DNA of 11,223 nt, from the IMG/VR virus record IMGVR_UViG_2740892232_000003; one strand, written 5' to 3'. Both the position numbers and the translations under genes were made by a program. Under the pieces are notes generated by a model. It worked only from the letters and a program-made list of their open reading frames with translations, did no database searches and was not told where the DNA came from. Positions 1 to 8,259 of the stretch are shown here, one piece after another. Position 1 is the stretch's first letter. Every line of letters begins with the position of its first letter. The stretch comes from a virus. Its lineage: Duplodnaviria > Heunggongvirae > Uroviricota > Caudoviricetes.

Positions 1-2
1 AG

Positions 3-764
3 TATGGCGATAATCCGCTGGCGCTGAATAACGTCATGTCAGAGCAGAAAAAGACCTGGGCGGCTGAAGACCTGCTTCGCGGGAACTGGATGGCAGGCCT
101 CAGGTCCGGCTGGAGTGAGTGGGAAGAGAGTGCCACGGACAGTATGTCGCAGGTAAAAAGTGCTGCCACGCAGACCTTTGACGGTATTGCACAGAATATG
201 GCAGCGATGCTGACCGGCAGCGAACAGAACTGGCGTGGTTTCACCCGTTCTGTGCTGTCCATGCTGACAGAGATTTTTCTGAAGCAGGCGATGGTGGGGA
301 TAGTCGGGAGTATCGGCAGCGCCATTGGCGGTGCTTTCGGTGGTGGTGCGTCTGCCTCCACGGGGACGGCCATTCAGGCTGCGGCGGCGAACTTCCATTT
401 CGCGACCGGGGGATTTACGGGGACGGGGGGTAAATATGAACCTGCGGGGATTATTCATCGCGGGGAGTTTGTCTTCACGAAGGAGGCGACCAGCCGGATT
501 GGTGTCGGCAATCTGTACCGCCTGATGCGGGGCTATGCGGAAGGTGGTTATGTCGGCGGTGCCGGAAGTCCGGCGCAGATGCGGCGGGCGGAAGGCATTA
601 ATTTTAATCAGAACAATCACGTGGTGATTCAGAACGACGGCCCCAACGGGCGGGCAGGGCCGCAGCTGATGAAAGCGGTGTATGAGATGGCCCGCAAGGG
701 GGCACAGGATGAACTCCGGCTGCAGTTGCGTGATGGCGGTATGTTATCAGGGAGCGGTGGATGA
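3..764 (+). CDS. H: Tail tape-measure protein H, C-terminal part (5' end lies outside the window)
   Basis: The reading frame is open from the window edge to the TGA at 762-764. The translation (MSEQKKTWAAEDLLRGNWMAGL...GGFTGTGGKYEPAGI.HRGEFVFTKEATSRIGVGNLYRLMRGYA) closely matches the C-terminus of lambda gpH as I recall it. The stop overlaps the M start (ATGA at 761-764). Confidence 0.9.
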   Translation, partial: YGDNPLALNNVMSEQKKTWAAEDLLRGNWMAGLRSGWSEWEESATDSMSQVKSAATQTFDGIAQNMAAMLTGSEQNWRGFTRSVLSMLTEIFLKQAMVGIVGSIGSAIGGAFGGGASASTGTAIQAAAANFHFATGGFTGTGGKYEPAGIIHRGEFVFTKEATSRIGVGNLYRLMRGYAEGGYVGGAGSPAQMRRAEGINFNQNNHVVIQNDGPNGRAGPQLMKAVYEMARKGAQDELRLQLRDGGMLSGSGG

Positions 765-1090
765 AAACCTTTCGCTGGAAAGTGAAGCCGGATATGGAGG
801 TGAACTCGCAGCCATCGGTGCGTGAAGTGCGTTTTGGTGACGGGTACTCACAGCGTATGGCGGCAGGGCTGAATGCTGACCTGAAAACATACAGGGTGAC
901 GCTTTCCGTGACCCGGGAGGAGGCCCGGCATCTGGAAGCGTTCCTGGCAGAGCACGGTGGCTGGAAGGCATTTTTGTGGAAGCCACCCTATGCATACCGG
1001 CAGATAAAGGTGACCTGTGCCGGGTGGTCTGCGCGGGTCGGGATGTTGCGCGTTGAGTTCAGCGCGGAGTTTAAGCAGGTGGTGAACTGA
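761..1090 (+). CDS. M: Minor tail protein M
   Basis: A 109 aa ORF, the same length as lambda gpM, with an N-terminus (MKTFRWKVKPDMEVNSQPSVREVRFGDGYSQR) that matches lambda M from memory. It is translationally coupled to H upstream and to L downstream (TGATG at 1088-1092). Confidence 0.93.
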   Translation: MKTFRWKVKPDMEVNSQPSVREVRFGDGYSQRMAAGLNADLKTYRVTLSVTREEARHLEAFLAEHGGWKAFLWKPPYAYRQIKVTCAGWSARVGMLRVEFSAEFKQVVN

Positions 1091-1788
1091 TGCAGGATAT
1101 TCGCGAAGAAAGTCTAAACGAGTCGGTTAAGTCAGAGCAGTCACCGCGGGTGGTACTCTGGGAAATCGACCTGACGGTACAGGGTGGTGAGCGGTATTTT
1201 TTCTGTAATGAGCTGAATGAAAAAGGGGAGCCGGTCACCTGGCAGGGGCGTAAGTATGAGGCATACCCGATTGACGGCAGCGGCTTTGAGATGAACGGCC
1301 GGGGCAGCAGTGCCAGACCGTCGCTGACGGTGTCCAATCTGTTCGGTCTGGTCACCGGGATGGCGGAAGACCTGCAGAGTCTGGTGGGGGCCACGGTGGT
1401 CCGCCGCCGGGTGTATGCCCGTTTTCTGGATGCGGTGAATTTCGTTGCGGGCAATCCGGCGGCGGACCCGGAGCAGGAGCTGAGTGACCGCTGGGTGGTG
1501 GAGCAGATGTCGCAGCTGACAGCCATGACGGCCTCGTTTGTGCTGGCTACACCGACCGAGACGGACGGGGCGCTGTTTCCCGGTCGCATCATGCTGGCGA
1601 ACACCTGTATGTGGGATTACCGGGGAGATGAATGCGGGTATAACGGTCCTGCGGTGGCGGATGAGTTCGACAACCCCACCACGGATATCCGTAAGGACAG
1701 ATGCAGCAAGTGCATGCGCGGGTGTGAGATGCGCGGCATGGTGGCTAATTTTGGCGGTTTCCTTTCCATTAACAAACTTTCGCAGTAA
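1090..1788 (+). CDS. L: Minor tail protein L (tail tip complex)
   Basis: A 232 aa ORF, the same length as lambda gpL, in the conserved position after M. It has a cysteine-rich C-terminus (CMWDYRGDECGY...CSKCMRGCEMRG) consistent with the Fe-S-binding motif of gpL. Confidence 0.92.
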   Translation: MQDIREESLNESVKSEQSPRVVLWEIDLTVQGGERYFFCNELNEKGEPVTWQGRKYEAYPIDGSGFEMNGRGSSARPSLTVSNLFGLVTGMAEDLQSLVGATVVRRRVYARFLDAVNFVAGNPAADPEQELSDRWVVEQMSQLTAMTASFVLATPTETDGALFPGRIMLANTCMWDYRGDECGYNGPAVADEFDNPTTDIRKDRCSKCMRGCEMRGMVANFGGFLSINKLSQ

Positions 1789-1793
1789 ATCCA

Positions 1794-2537
1794 ATGACAC
1801 AGACAGAATCAGCGATTCTGGCGCATGCCCGGCGGTGTGTGCCTGCGGAGTCGTGCGGCTTAGTGGTGAGAACGCCGGAGGGGGAGCGGTATATCCCTTG
1901 TGTGAATATCTCTGCAGAGCCGGAGGCGTATTTTCGTATTGCACCGGAAGACTGGCTGCGGGCAGAGATGCAGGGGGAGATTGTGGCACTGGTCCACAGT
2001 CATCCCGGTGGGCTGCCCTGGCTGAGCGAGGCTGACCGGCGGCTGCAGATAAAAAGCGCACTGCCCTGGTGGCTGGTCTGCCGGGGTGACATTCACAAAT
2101 TCCGCTGTGTGCCACATCTGACGGGACGGCGCTTTGAGCACGGGGTGACGGACTGTTACACGCTGTTCCGGGATGCTTATCATCTGGCGGGGACTGAAAT
2201 GCCGGATTTTCATCGCGAGGATGACTGGTGGCGCAACGGCCAGAACCTGTACCTGGACAACCTGGCGGAAAACGGCTTTTGCCGGGTGTCTCCGTCCTCT
2301 GCACAGGCAGGCGATGTGCTGCTGTGCTGCTTTGGTGCTTCGGTGCCGAATCATGCCGCCGTTTACTGTGGTGACGGCGAGCTGCTGCACCATATTCCTG
2401 AACAACTGAGTAAACGGGAGAGGTATTCCGAAAAATGGCAACGACGAACGCATTCAGTCTGGCGTCACCGCCACTGGCACGCATCCGCCTTTACGGGGAT
2501 TTACAACGATTTGGCCGCCGCCTCAGCCTGTATGTGA
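1794..2537 (+). CDS. K: Tail tip assembly protein K (MPN/JAMM domain plus NlpC/P60 domain)
   Basis: A 247 aa ORF starting 5 nt after L. It has a JAMM-type metal-binding motif (HSHPGGLPWLSEAD, i.e. HxH-x7-S-x2-D) and, further on, an NlpC/P60-like Cys...His arrangement (DCYTLFRDAYH ... NHAAVYCGDGELLHHIP). Its 3' end overlaps I by about 103 nt in a different frame, as in the lambda K/I arrangement. Confidence 0.9.
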   Translation: MTQTESAILAHARRCVPAESCGLVVRTPEGERYIPCVNISAEPEAYFRIAPEDWLRAEMQGEIVALVHSHPGGLPWLSEADRRLQIKSALPWWLVCRGDIHKFRCVPHLTGRRFEHGVTDCYTLFRDAYHLAGTEMPDFHREDDWWRNGQNLYLDNLAENGFCRVSPSSAQAGDVLLCCFGASVPNHAAVYCGDGELLHHIPEQLSKRERYSEKWQRRTHSVWRHRHWHASAFTGIYNDLAAASACM

Positions 2538-3115
2538 ACACGGCAGCGGAAGCCATTCGCGCCCTGTCGATGCAGATGCCGGGCTTTCGCCGTCAGATGA
2601 ACGAAGGCTGGTACCAGATACGTATTGCCGGTGATGACACGGCACCGGAGGCGGTGTACGCCCGTCTTCACGAACAGCTGGGTGAGGGAACGGTCATCCA
2701 CATTGTGCCGCGACTGGCCGGGGCCGGAAAGGGTGGACTGCAGATTGTGCTGGGGGCGGCAGCCATCGTGGGCTCTTTCTTCACGGCCGGTGCCTCGATG
2801 GCGTTATGGGGTACAGCCCTGAGTGCCGGCGGTTTTTCTGCCACCACGATGCTGTTTTCACTGGGGGCCAGCATGATACTGGGCGGTGTGGCCCAGATGC
2901 TGGCCCCGAAGGCAAAAACACCGGATTACCGCGCAACGGATAACGGCAGACAGAACACGTACTTTTCCTCACTGGATAACATGATTGCCCAGGGGAACCC
3001 GATGCCGGTGCCTTACGGGGAAATGCTGGTTGGCTCCCGCCGTATATCCCAGGACATCAGCACCCGTGATGAAGGCGGGGGCGGAAAGGTCGTGGTTATC
3101 GGGCGGCAGGGGTAA
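2435..3115 (+). CDS. I: Tail assembly protein I
   Basis: A 226 aa ORF whose translation (MATTNAFSLASPPLARIRLYGDLQRFGRR...IHIVPR.AGA..GG.QIVLGAAAI.GSFFTAG...FSLGASM.LGGVAQMLAPKA.TP...TDNG.QNTYFSSLDNM.AQGN) matches lambda gpI from memory. The C-terminal half is Gly/Ala-rich and hydrophobic. Confidence 0.9.
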   Translation: MATTNAFSLASPPLARIRLYGDLQRFGRRLSLYVNTAAEAIRALSMQMPGFRRQMNEGWYQIRIAGDDTAPEAVYARLHEQLGEGTVIHIVPRLAGAGKGGLQIVLGAAAIVGSFFTAGASMALWGTALSAGGFSATTMLFSLGASMILGGVAQMLAPKAKTPDYRATDNGRQNTYFSSLDNMIAQGNPMPVPYGEMLVGSRRISQDISTRDEGGGGKVVVIGRQG

Positions 3116-3121
3116 AAAGAA

Positions 3122-3220
3122 TAAAAAAATCCCGCAGTGATCGCGGACAGGAACTGCGGGAGAGTTACGAAGATTAAGTGTAAGGAATTATTCTTATATC
3201 ACGACAAAAAAATTAACGCA
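3122..3220 (-). ncRNA. Candidate small non-coding RNA of about 95 nt, bounded by the promoter and terminator above (hypothetical)
   Basis: The interval between the predicted start (about 3218) and the terminator U-tract (about 3122) has no ATG-initiated ORF on the minus strand. This is an inference from promoter and terminator geometry only; there is no homology or expression evidence. Confidence 0.3.
3130..3161 (-). terminator. Intrinsic terminator hairpin oriented for the minus strand
   Basis: Arms at 3130-3138 (tcccgcagt) and 3153-3161 (aactgcggga) form a 9 bp stem around a 14 nt loop. On the + strand an A-run (aaaaaaa at 3123-3129, with more A upstream) precedes it, so the minus-strand RNA ends stem + AUUUUUUUAUUCUUUUU. 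There is no T-run after the stem on the + strand. Confidence 0.55.
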
Positions 3221-3225
3221 GAGAA

Positions 3226-3253
3226 ATTATACGCGCCACAGTCAGTTTGTGAA
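3226..3253 (-). promoter_or_regulatory. Candidate sigma70 promoter on the minus strand (-35 TTCACA, 16 bp spacer, -10 TATAAT)
   Basis: On the minus strand, TTCACA (complement of 3248-3253) is followed by a 16 nt spacer and a perfect TATAAT (complement of 3226-3231). It sits in a roughly 38% GC island between the GC-rich I and J genes. Its predicted start near 3218 points leftward toward the terminator at 3130-3161. Confidence 0.45.
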
Positions 3254-3325
3254 AATGTGAAGATATTCAGAATTTTTATGCCATTACCGGTTTTAACCAA
3301 CAGGATTATCGGTGGGCATGAAAGA

Positions 3326-3364
3326 AAACCCCGGTATCTGCTGATACCGGGGTTTCTCTTTAGC
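3326..3364. terminator. Strong GC-rich hairpin with U-rich flanks on both strands (bidirectional terminator-like)
   Basis: A perfect 13 bp stem (3326-3338 aaaccccggtatc paired with 3343-3355 gataccggggttt) encloses a 4 nt loop (tgct). The + strand continues CTCTTT and the minus strand continues UCUUUCAU. Confidence 0.6.
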
Positions 3365-3458
3365 ATGGCAGAAATGTGTTTCATGCTTTTCGGGCGAAGG
3401 ATATCCGACTTCTGTACGGAATGGCAAGTGGCGGTTAATTTATTCAGGGGAAGGCTGT

Positions 3459-6400
3459 ATGGGAAAAGGTGGCGGTAAGGCACACACGCCTCGTGAGGCG
3501 AAGGATAATCTCAAATCCACGCAGATGATGAGTGTGATTGATGCGATTGGTGAGGGACCGATAGAAGGTCCGGTGAAGGGACTGCAGAGTATTCTGGTGA
3601 ACAAAACCCCGCTGACGGACACGGACGGTAATCCCGTGATACACGGTGTGACTGCGGTCTGGCGTGCCGGGGAGCAGGAGCAGACACCACCGGAAGGCTT
3701 TGAGTCCTCCGGAGCTGAAACCGGACTGGGCGTGGAAGTGACGAAGGCAAAACCGGTGACGCGCACCATTACGTCCGCGAACATTGACCGCCTGCGGGTT
3801 ACCTTCGGGGTGCAGTCACTGGTGCAGACCACGTCAAAGGGCGACCGTAATCCTTCCTCTGTCCGGATTCTGATTCAGTTACAGCGTAATGGCCGCTGGG
3901 TGACGGAAAAGGATGTCACCATTAACGGCAAGACCACCTCGCAGTTCCTGGCCTCGGTGATTCTGGATAATCTGCCTCCCCGGCCCTTTAACATCCGGAT
4001 GGTCAGGGAGACGGCGGACAGCACCACGGACCAGCTGCAGAATAAGACGCTGTGGTCGTCATACACCGAAATCATCGATGTGAAACAGTGCTACCCGAAC
4101 ACGGCCATTGTGGGGCTGCAGGTGGATGCGGAGCAGTTCGGCGGCCAGCAGATGACGGTGAACTACCATATCCGCGGTCGCATCATCCAGGTGCCGTCAA
4201 ACTATGACCCGGAAAAACGCACGTACAGTGGTATCTGGGACGGCAGCCTGAAACCGGCATACAGCAACAACCCGGCCTGGTGTCTGTGGGACATGCTGAC
4301 TCACCCGCGCTACGGCATGGGAAAACGTCTGGGGGCGGCGGATGTGGACAAGTGGGCGCTGTATGCCATCGGGCAGTACTGCGACCAGACGGTCCCGGAT
4401 GGTTTCGGGGGGACCGAGCCGCGGATGACCTTTAATGCGTACCTGGCACAACAGCGTAAGGCGTGGGACGTTCTCAGTGATTTCTGCTCTGCGATGCGCT
4501 GTATGCCGGTATGGAACGGCCAGACGCTGACGTTCGTTCAGGACCGTCCGTCGGATGTGGTGTGGCCGTACACCAACAGCGATGTGGTGGTGGATGATAA
4601 CGGCGTGGGTTTCCGCTACAGCTTCAGTGCCCTGAAGGACCGGCACACGGCAGTGGAGGTGAATTACACCGACCCGCAGAACGGCTGGCAGACCTCCACG
4701 GAACTGGTGGAAGACCCGGAAGCCATACTGCGCTACGGACGCAACCTGCTGAAGATGGACGCGTTCGGCTGTACCAGCCGCGGTCAGGCCCACCGTGCCG
4801 GGCTGTGGGTGATAAAGACCGAACTGCTGGAAACGCAGACGGTGGATTTCACGCTCGGGTCACAGGGGCTGCGTCACACACCCGGTGACATCATTGAAAT
4901 CTGTGATAACGACTATGCCGGGACCATGACCGGCGGACGTGTCCTGTCCATCGATGCCGCCAGCCGTACCCTGACGCTGGACCGGGAGGTGACACTGCCG
5001 GAGACCGGCACGGCCACTGTTAATCTGATTAACGGCAGCGGTAAGCCGGCGAGCGTGGCCATCACCGCACACCCCGCGCCTGACCGGATACAGGTCAGCA
5101 CCCTGCCGGATGGTGTGGAGACATACGGTGTGTGGGGACTCTCCCTGCCGTCACTGCGTCGTCGCCTGTTCTGCTGTGTCTCCATCCGGGAAAACACGGA
5201 CGGCACGTTCGCCATCACGGCGGTGCAGCACGTACCGGAAAAAGAAGCCATTGTGGATAACGGGGCCAGCTTTGAGCCGCAGTCAGGCAGCCTGAACAGC
5301 GTTATCCCACCGGCAGTGCAGCACCTGACGGTGGAGGTGAGTGCAGCTGACGGTCAGTATCTGGCACAGGCGAAATGGGACACGCCGCGGGTGGTGAAGG
5401 GTGTGCGCTTCAGTCTGCGTCTGACCAGCGGAAGCGGAGAAGACAGCCGTCTGGTGAGCACCGCCATCACCGCAGACACGGAGCACCGTTTCAGCGGCCT
5501 GCCACTGGGGGAATACACCCTGACGGTCAGGGCGATTAACAGTTATGGTCAGCAGGGCGAACCGGCCACCACCACGTTCAGGATTAACGCGCCTGCAAAA
5601 CCCGCCACCATTGAGCTGACGCCGGGGTATTTTCAGATAACGGCGGTACCGGTGCTGGCGGTGTATGACCCGACGGTGCAGTTTGAGTTCTGGTTTTCGG
5701 AAAAACGCATCACGAACACGGCACAGGTGGAAAAATCTGCCCGTTATCTGGGGACCGGCAGTCAGTGGACTGTCCAGGGCGATCGGATTAAGCCGGGGAT
5801 GGATTTCTGGTTTTATGTGCGCAGTGTCAACCTGGTGGGCAAGTCTGCATTTGTGGAAGCCAGCGGGCAGGCCAGCAATGATGCAAAAGGGTATCTGGAA
5901 TTTTTCCGTGGTCTGATAGATGAGACGCTGCTGGGGCAGGCACTGAAAAAGCGCATTGATGCGTCAGCCCTGCGATCGGATGTCACTCAACTGGAAGAGA
6001 ATATCGGACAACTGGAAGAAGACATCCGTCAGCGGATGGACACGGATATTGCGGAAGTGACCCGGAAAATCGGGGAGGCGGAAAACAGCCTCACGCAGCT
6101 GGTTGCGAAAAAGAATGAGGATCAGACGCTGGCCATCGCGCAGGTGAGTCAGAAAGTGGACCGTGTCAGCAGTGAAATCTCACAGACGGTCAGTCAGAGC
6201 AGTGAGGAAAATACCCGACAGATAGCACAGGTCCGCCAGTACGTGGACAAAAAGCAAAGTGAAATCAAGCAGACAGTCAGCCAGGGCCAGTCAGAAAACG
6301 CCCGGCAGATAGCACAGGTCCGTCAGTACGTGGATGAAAAAGGGAGTGAAATTGCCTCGACCACGGATAAAAAACTGGGTGACCAGGCCGTGACCATACA

Positions 6401-7259
6401 GCAAATCCAGCGGGTTCAGTCAGACACGCGCGATAATCTGAATGCCATGTATATGCTGAAGGTGCAGAAAACGAAGAAGGGTATTCCGTATGTGGCCGGG
6501 ATTGGCGCGGGGATCGAGGATGTCGATGGTCAGACGCTGAGTAACATTCTGCTGCAGGCCGATCGCATTGCGATGATTACTCCGGAGAACGGTAACACCA
6601 CGCCGTTATTTGTGGCGCAGGGGAATCAGCTGTTCATGAACGACGTGTTCCTGAAGCGACTGTTTGCGGTGAGCATCACGTCATCCGGCAATCCTCCGAC
6701 GTTTTCCCTGACGCCGGATGGCAGGCTGACAGCCCGCAATGCGGATATCAGTGGAGCCATCACGGCGAATACCGGCACGCTCAATAATGTCACCATTAAC
6801 GAGAACTGTGTCATCAGAGGGAAACTGTCTGCAAACCAGATTGAAGGCGATCTCGTTAAAACAGTGGGTAAGGCTTTCCCCCGTGACTCCCGTGCACCGG
6901 AGCGTTGGCCATCAGGAACCATTACCGTCAGGGTTTATGACGATCAGCCGTTTAACCGGCAGATTGTTATTCCGGCGGTGGCTTTCAGCGGTGCCAGACA
7001 TGAGCGGGAGAACAGCGATACTTATTCGTCATGCCGCCTGATAGTGAAGAAAAACGGTGCTGAAATTTATAACCGTACCGCGATGGATAATACGCTGGTT
7101 TACAGTGGTGTTATTGATATGCCTGCTGGTCGCGGCCACATGACGCTGGAGTTTTCTGTATCAGCATGGTGGGTAAATGGCTGGTATCCCACAGCAAGTA
7201 TCAGCGATTTGCTGGTTGTTGTGATGAAGAAAGCCACTGCAGGCATCACGATTAGCTGA
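3459..7259 (+). CDS. J: Tail tip host-specificity protein J (central tail fibre), expanded variant of 1266 aa
   Basis: The N-terminus ([39 protein letters not shown]...) and long internal stretches ([22 protein letters not shown]; [30 protein letters not shown]; [24 protein letters not shown]; LETQTVDF; [31 protein letters not shown]; [11 protein letters not shown]...[16 protein letters not shown]; [17 protein letters not shown]) match lambda gpJ from memory. A GGGGAAGG Shine-Dalgarno sequence precedes the ATG. Confidence 0.95.
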   Translation: MGKGGGKAHTPREAKDNLKSTQMMSVIDAIGEGPIEGPVKGLQSILVNKTPLTDTDGNPVIHGVTAVWRAGEQEQTPPEGFESSGAETGLGVEVTKAKPVTRTITSANIDRLRVTFGVQSLVQTTSKGDRNPSSVRILIQLQRNGRWVTEKDVTINGKTTSQFLASVILDNLPPRPFNIRMVRETADSTTDQLQNKTLWSSYTEIIDVKQCYPNTAIVGLQVDAEQFGGQQMTVNYHIRGRIIQVPSNYDPEKRTYSGIWDGSLKPAYSNNPAWCLWDMLTHPRYGMGKRLGAADVDKWALYAIGQYCDQTVPDGFGGTEPRMTFNAYLAQQRKAWDVLSDFCSAMRCMPVWNGQTLTFVQDRPSDVVWPYTNSDVVVDDNGVGFRYSFSALKDRHTAVEVNYTDPQNGWQTSTELVEDPEAILRYGRNLLKMDAFGCTSRGQAHRAGLWVIKTELLETQTVDFTLGSQGLRHTPGDIIEICDNDYAGTMTGGRVLSIDAASRTLTLDREVTLPETGTATVNLINGSGKPASVAITAHPAPDRIQVSTLPDGVETYGVWGLSLPSLRRRLFCCVSIRENTDGTFAITAVQHVPEKEAIVDNGASFEPQSGSLNSVIPPAVQHLTVEVSAADGQYLAQAKWDTPRVVKGVRFSLRLTSGSGEDSRLVSTAITADTEHRFSGLPLGEYTLTVRAINSYGQQGEPATTTFRINAPAKPATIELTPGYFQITAVPVLAVYDPTVQFEFWFSEKRITNTAQVEKSARYLGTGSQWTVQGDRIKPGMDFWFYVRSVNLVGKSAFVEASGQASNDAKGYLEFFRGLIDETLLGQALKKRIDASALRSDVTQLEENIGQLEEDIRQRMDTDIAEVTRKIGEAENSLTQLVAKKNEDQTLAIAQVSQKVDRVSSEISQTVSQSSEENTRQIAQVRQYVDKKQSEIKQTVSQGQSENARQIAQVRQYVDEKGSEIASTTDKKLGDQAVTIQQIQRVQSDTRDNLNAMYMLKVQKTKKGIPYVAGIGAGIEDVDGQTLSNILLQADRIAMITPENGNTTPLFVAQGNQLFMNDVFLKRLFAVSITSSGNPPTFSLTPDGRLTARNADISGAITANTGTLNNVTINENCVIRGKLSANQIEGDLVKTVGKAFPRDSRAPERWPSGTITVRVYDDQPFNRQIVIPAVAFSGARHERENSDTYSSCRLIVKKNGAEIYNRTAMDNTLVYSGVIDMPAGRGHMTLEFSVSAWWVNGWYPTASISDLLVVVMKKATAGITIS
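6183..6356 (+). repeat. In-frame tandem repeat inside J: two 87 bp (29 codon) units within a coiled-coil-like insertion
   Basis: Unit A (6183-6269) and unit B (6270-6356) align at about 75% identity and share the core cagatagcacaggtccg.cagtacgtgga. They encode [30 protein letters not shown] and [29 protein letters not shown]. Confidence 0.85.
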
Positions 7260-7277
7260 ATTTTATAACCCCAATAC

Positions 7278-7303
7278 GGGCGCCAGAAATGGCGCCTTTT
7301 TTA
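7278..7303 (+). terminator. Rho-independent terminator after J
   Basis: A 6 bp stem (gggcgcc at 7278-7284 and ggcgcc at 7291-7296, a GGCGCC palindrome) with loop agaaat is followed by TTTTTTATT. Confidence 0.7.
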
Positions 7304-7326
7304 TTGCAGAAAAGCGAGAGGTAATT

Positions 7327-7926
7327 ATGCGTAAATTATGTGCTGTTATTCTGTCCGCAGTAGTCTGGCTGGTTGCCGCTGGTACGCCAGCGAGCGCAGC
7401 AGAGCATCAGTCCACACTAAGCGCCGGGTATCTTCAGACCCACACTGATATGCCAGGAAGCGATAATCTGAACGGGATTAACGTGAAATACCGTTATGAA
7501 TTTACGGACACGCTGGGGCTGATTACGTCTTTCAGTTATGCCGACGCAGAAGATGAACAAAAAACGCATTACAGCGATACCCGCTGGCATGAAGATTCCG
7601 TGCGTAACTGCTGGTTCAGCGTAATGGCGGGGCCGTCTGTGCGCGTGAATGAATGGTTCAGCGCGTATGCGATGGCGGGTGTGGCTTACAGCCGTGTGTC
7701 GACTTTCTCCGGGGATTATCTCCGCGTAACTGACAACAAGGGGAAAACGCACGACGTGCTGACCGGAAGTGATGACGGTCGCCACAGCAATACCTCTCTG
7801 GCGTGGGGGGCTGGCGTGCAGTTTAACCCGACCGAATCCGTGACCATTGACCTTGCTTATGAAGGTTCCGGTAGTGGCGACTGGCGAACGGATGCATTTA
7901 TTGTTGGTATCGGATACCGTTTCTGA
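7327..7926 (+). CDS. lom: Lom outer-membrane protein (Ail/Lom/OmpX/PagC family beta-barrel), complete
   Basis: A 199 aa ORF with a signal peptide (MRKLCAVILSAVVWLVAAGTPASA|AE) and the family C-terminus (INVKYRYEFTD...SAYAMAGVA.SR...AWGAGVQFNP...IDLAYEGSGSGDWRTD.FIVG.GYRF), which is nearly identical to the lambda Lom C-terminus from memory. It has its own Shine-Dalgarno sequence (GAGAGG) and is flanked by terminators on both sides. Confidence 0.93.
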   Translation: MRKLCAVILSAVVWLVAAGTPASAAEHQSTLSAGYLQTHTDMPGSDNLNGINVKYRYEFTDTLGLITSFSYADAEDEQKTHYSDTRWHEDSVRNCWFSVMAGPSVRVNEWFSAYAMAGVAYSRVSTFSGDYLRVTDNKGKTHDVLTGSDDGRHSNTSLAWGAGVQFNPTESVTIDLAYEGSGSGDWRTDAFIVGIGYRF

Positions 7927-8029
7927 CAACAGACGCCGATTTATCTTCTGTAAATATTGTTATGATACGCAGGTTCATCCGCCTTATGGGGTGAACTGCG
8001 TTTGAGGAAACGTAAAGTTACACTGTCCT

Positions 8030-8064
8030 GAAGCCCGTGGCGTCACTGCTGCGGGCTTTTTTTA
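8030..8064 (+). terminator. Rho-independent terminator after lom
   Basis: A stem (agcccg at 8032-8037 paired with cgggct at 8052-8057) with a 14 nt loop is followed by a T7 run (8057-8063). Confidence 0.6.
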
Positions 8065-8077
8065 TTGGTGGAAAAGT

Positions 8078-8249
8078 ATGACAGTAAAAATTTCTGGCGT
8101 GCTTAAAGATGGCACAGGAAAACCAGTACAGAACTGCACCATTGTGCTGAAGGCCAGACGGACCAGCAGCACGGTGGTGGTGAACACGGTGGCCTCTGAA
8201 AATCCGGATGAAGCCGGGCGTTACAGCATGGATGTTGAGTATGGCCAGT
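8078..8249 (+). CDS. stf: Side tail fibre protein, N-terminal 57 codons; truncated by the N-run at 8250
   Basis: The translation (MTVKISGVLKDGTGKPVQNCTIVLKARRTSSTVVVNTVASENPDEAGRYSMDVEYGQ) matches the lambda Stf N-terminus (MAVKISGVLKDGTGKPVQNCTIQLKA...) from memory. A GGTGGA Shine-Dalgarno sequence precedes the ATG. Confidence 0.85.
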
Positions 8250-8259
8250 NNNNNNNNNN
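8250..8259. other. Run of 10 N (probable scaffold spacer, not biological sequence)
   Basis: Exactly 10 N. The flanks belong to different genes: an stf N-terminus on the left and the interior of a lom copy on the right. Confidence 0.95.

Noticed and set aside
1071-1604. A 177 aa minus-strand ORF antisense to L
   Set aside because: Same reasoning: an antisense frame within a conserved gene, Ser/Arg-rich, with no supporting signals.
1141-2484. A 447 aa ORF on the minus strand, antisense to L and K
   Set aside because: It overlaps the well-supported L and K genes entirely, has an Arg/Pro/His-rich low-complexity composition typical of antisense frames in GC-rich coding DNA, and has no recognisable motif.
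3137-3483. A 113 aa plus-strand ORF and a 94 aa minus-strand ORF covering the I-J insert
   Set aside because: Both run straight through the strong hairpins at 3130-3161 and 3326-3364. They have no convincing ribosome-binding site and an AT-rich, low-complexity composition, and the region is better explained as non-coding. Other short plus-strand frames are also implausible; for example the ATG at 3318 gives only 8 codons.
4197-4793. A 198 aa minus-strand ORF inside J
   Set aside because: It lies wholly within the conserved J coding region on the opposite strand and has an Arg/His/Val-rich antisense composition.
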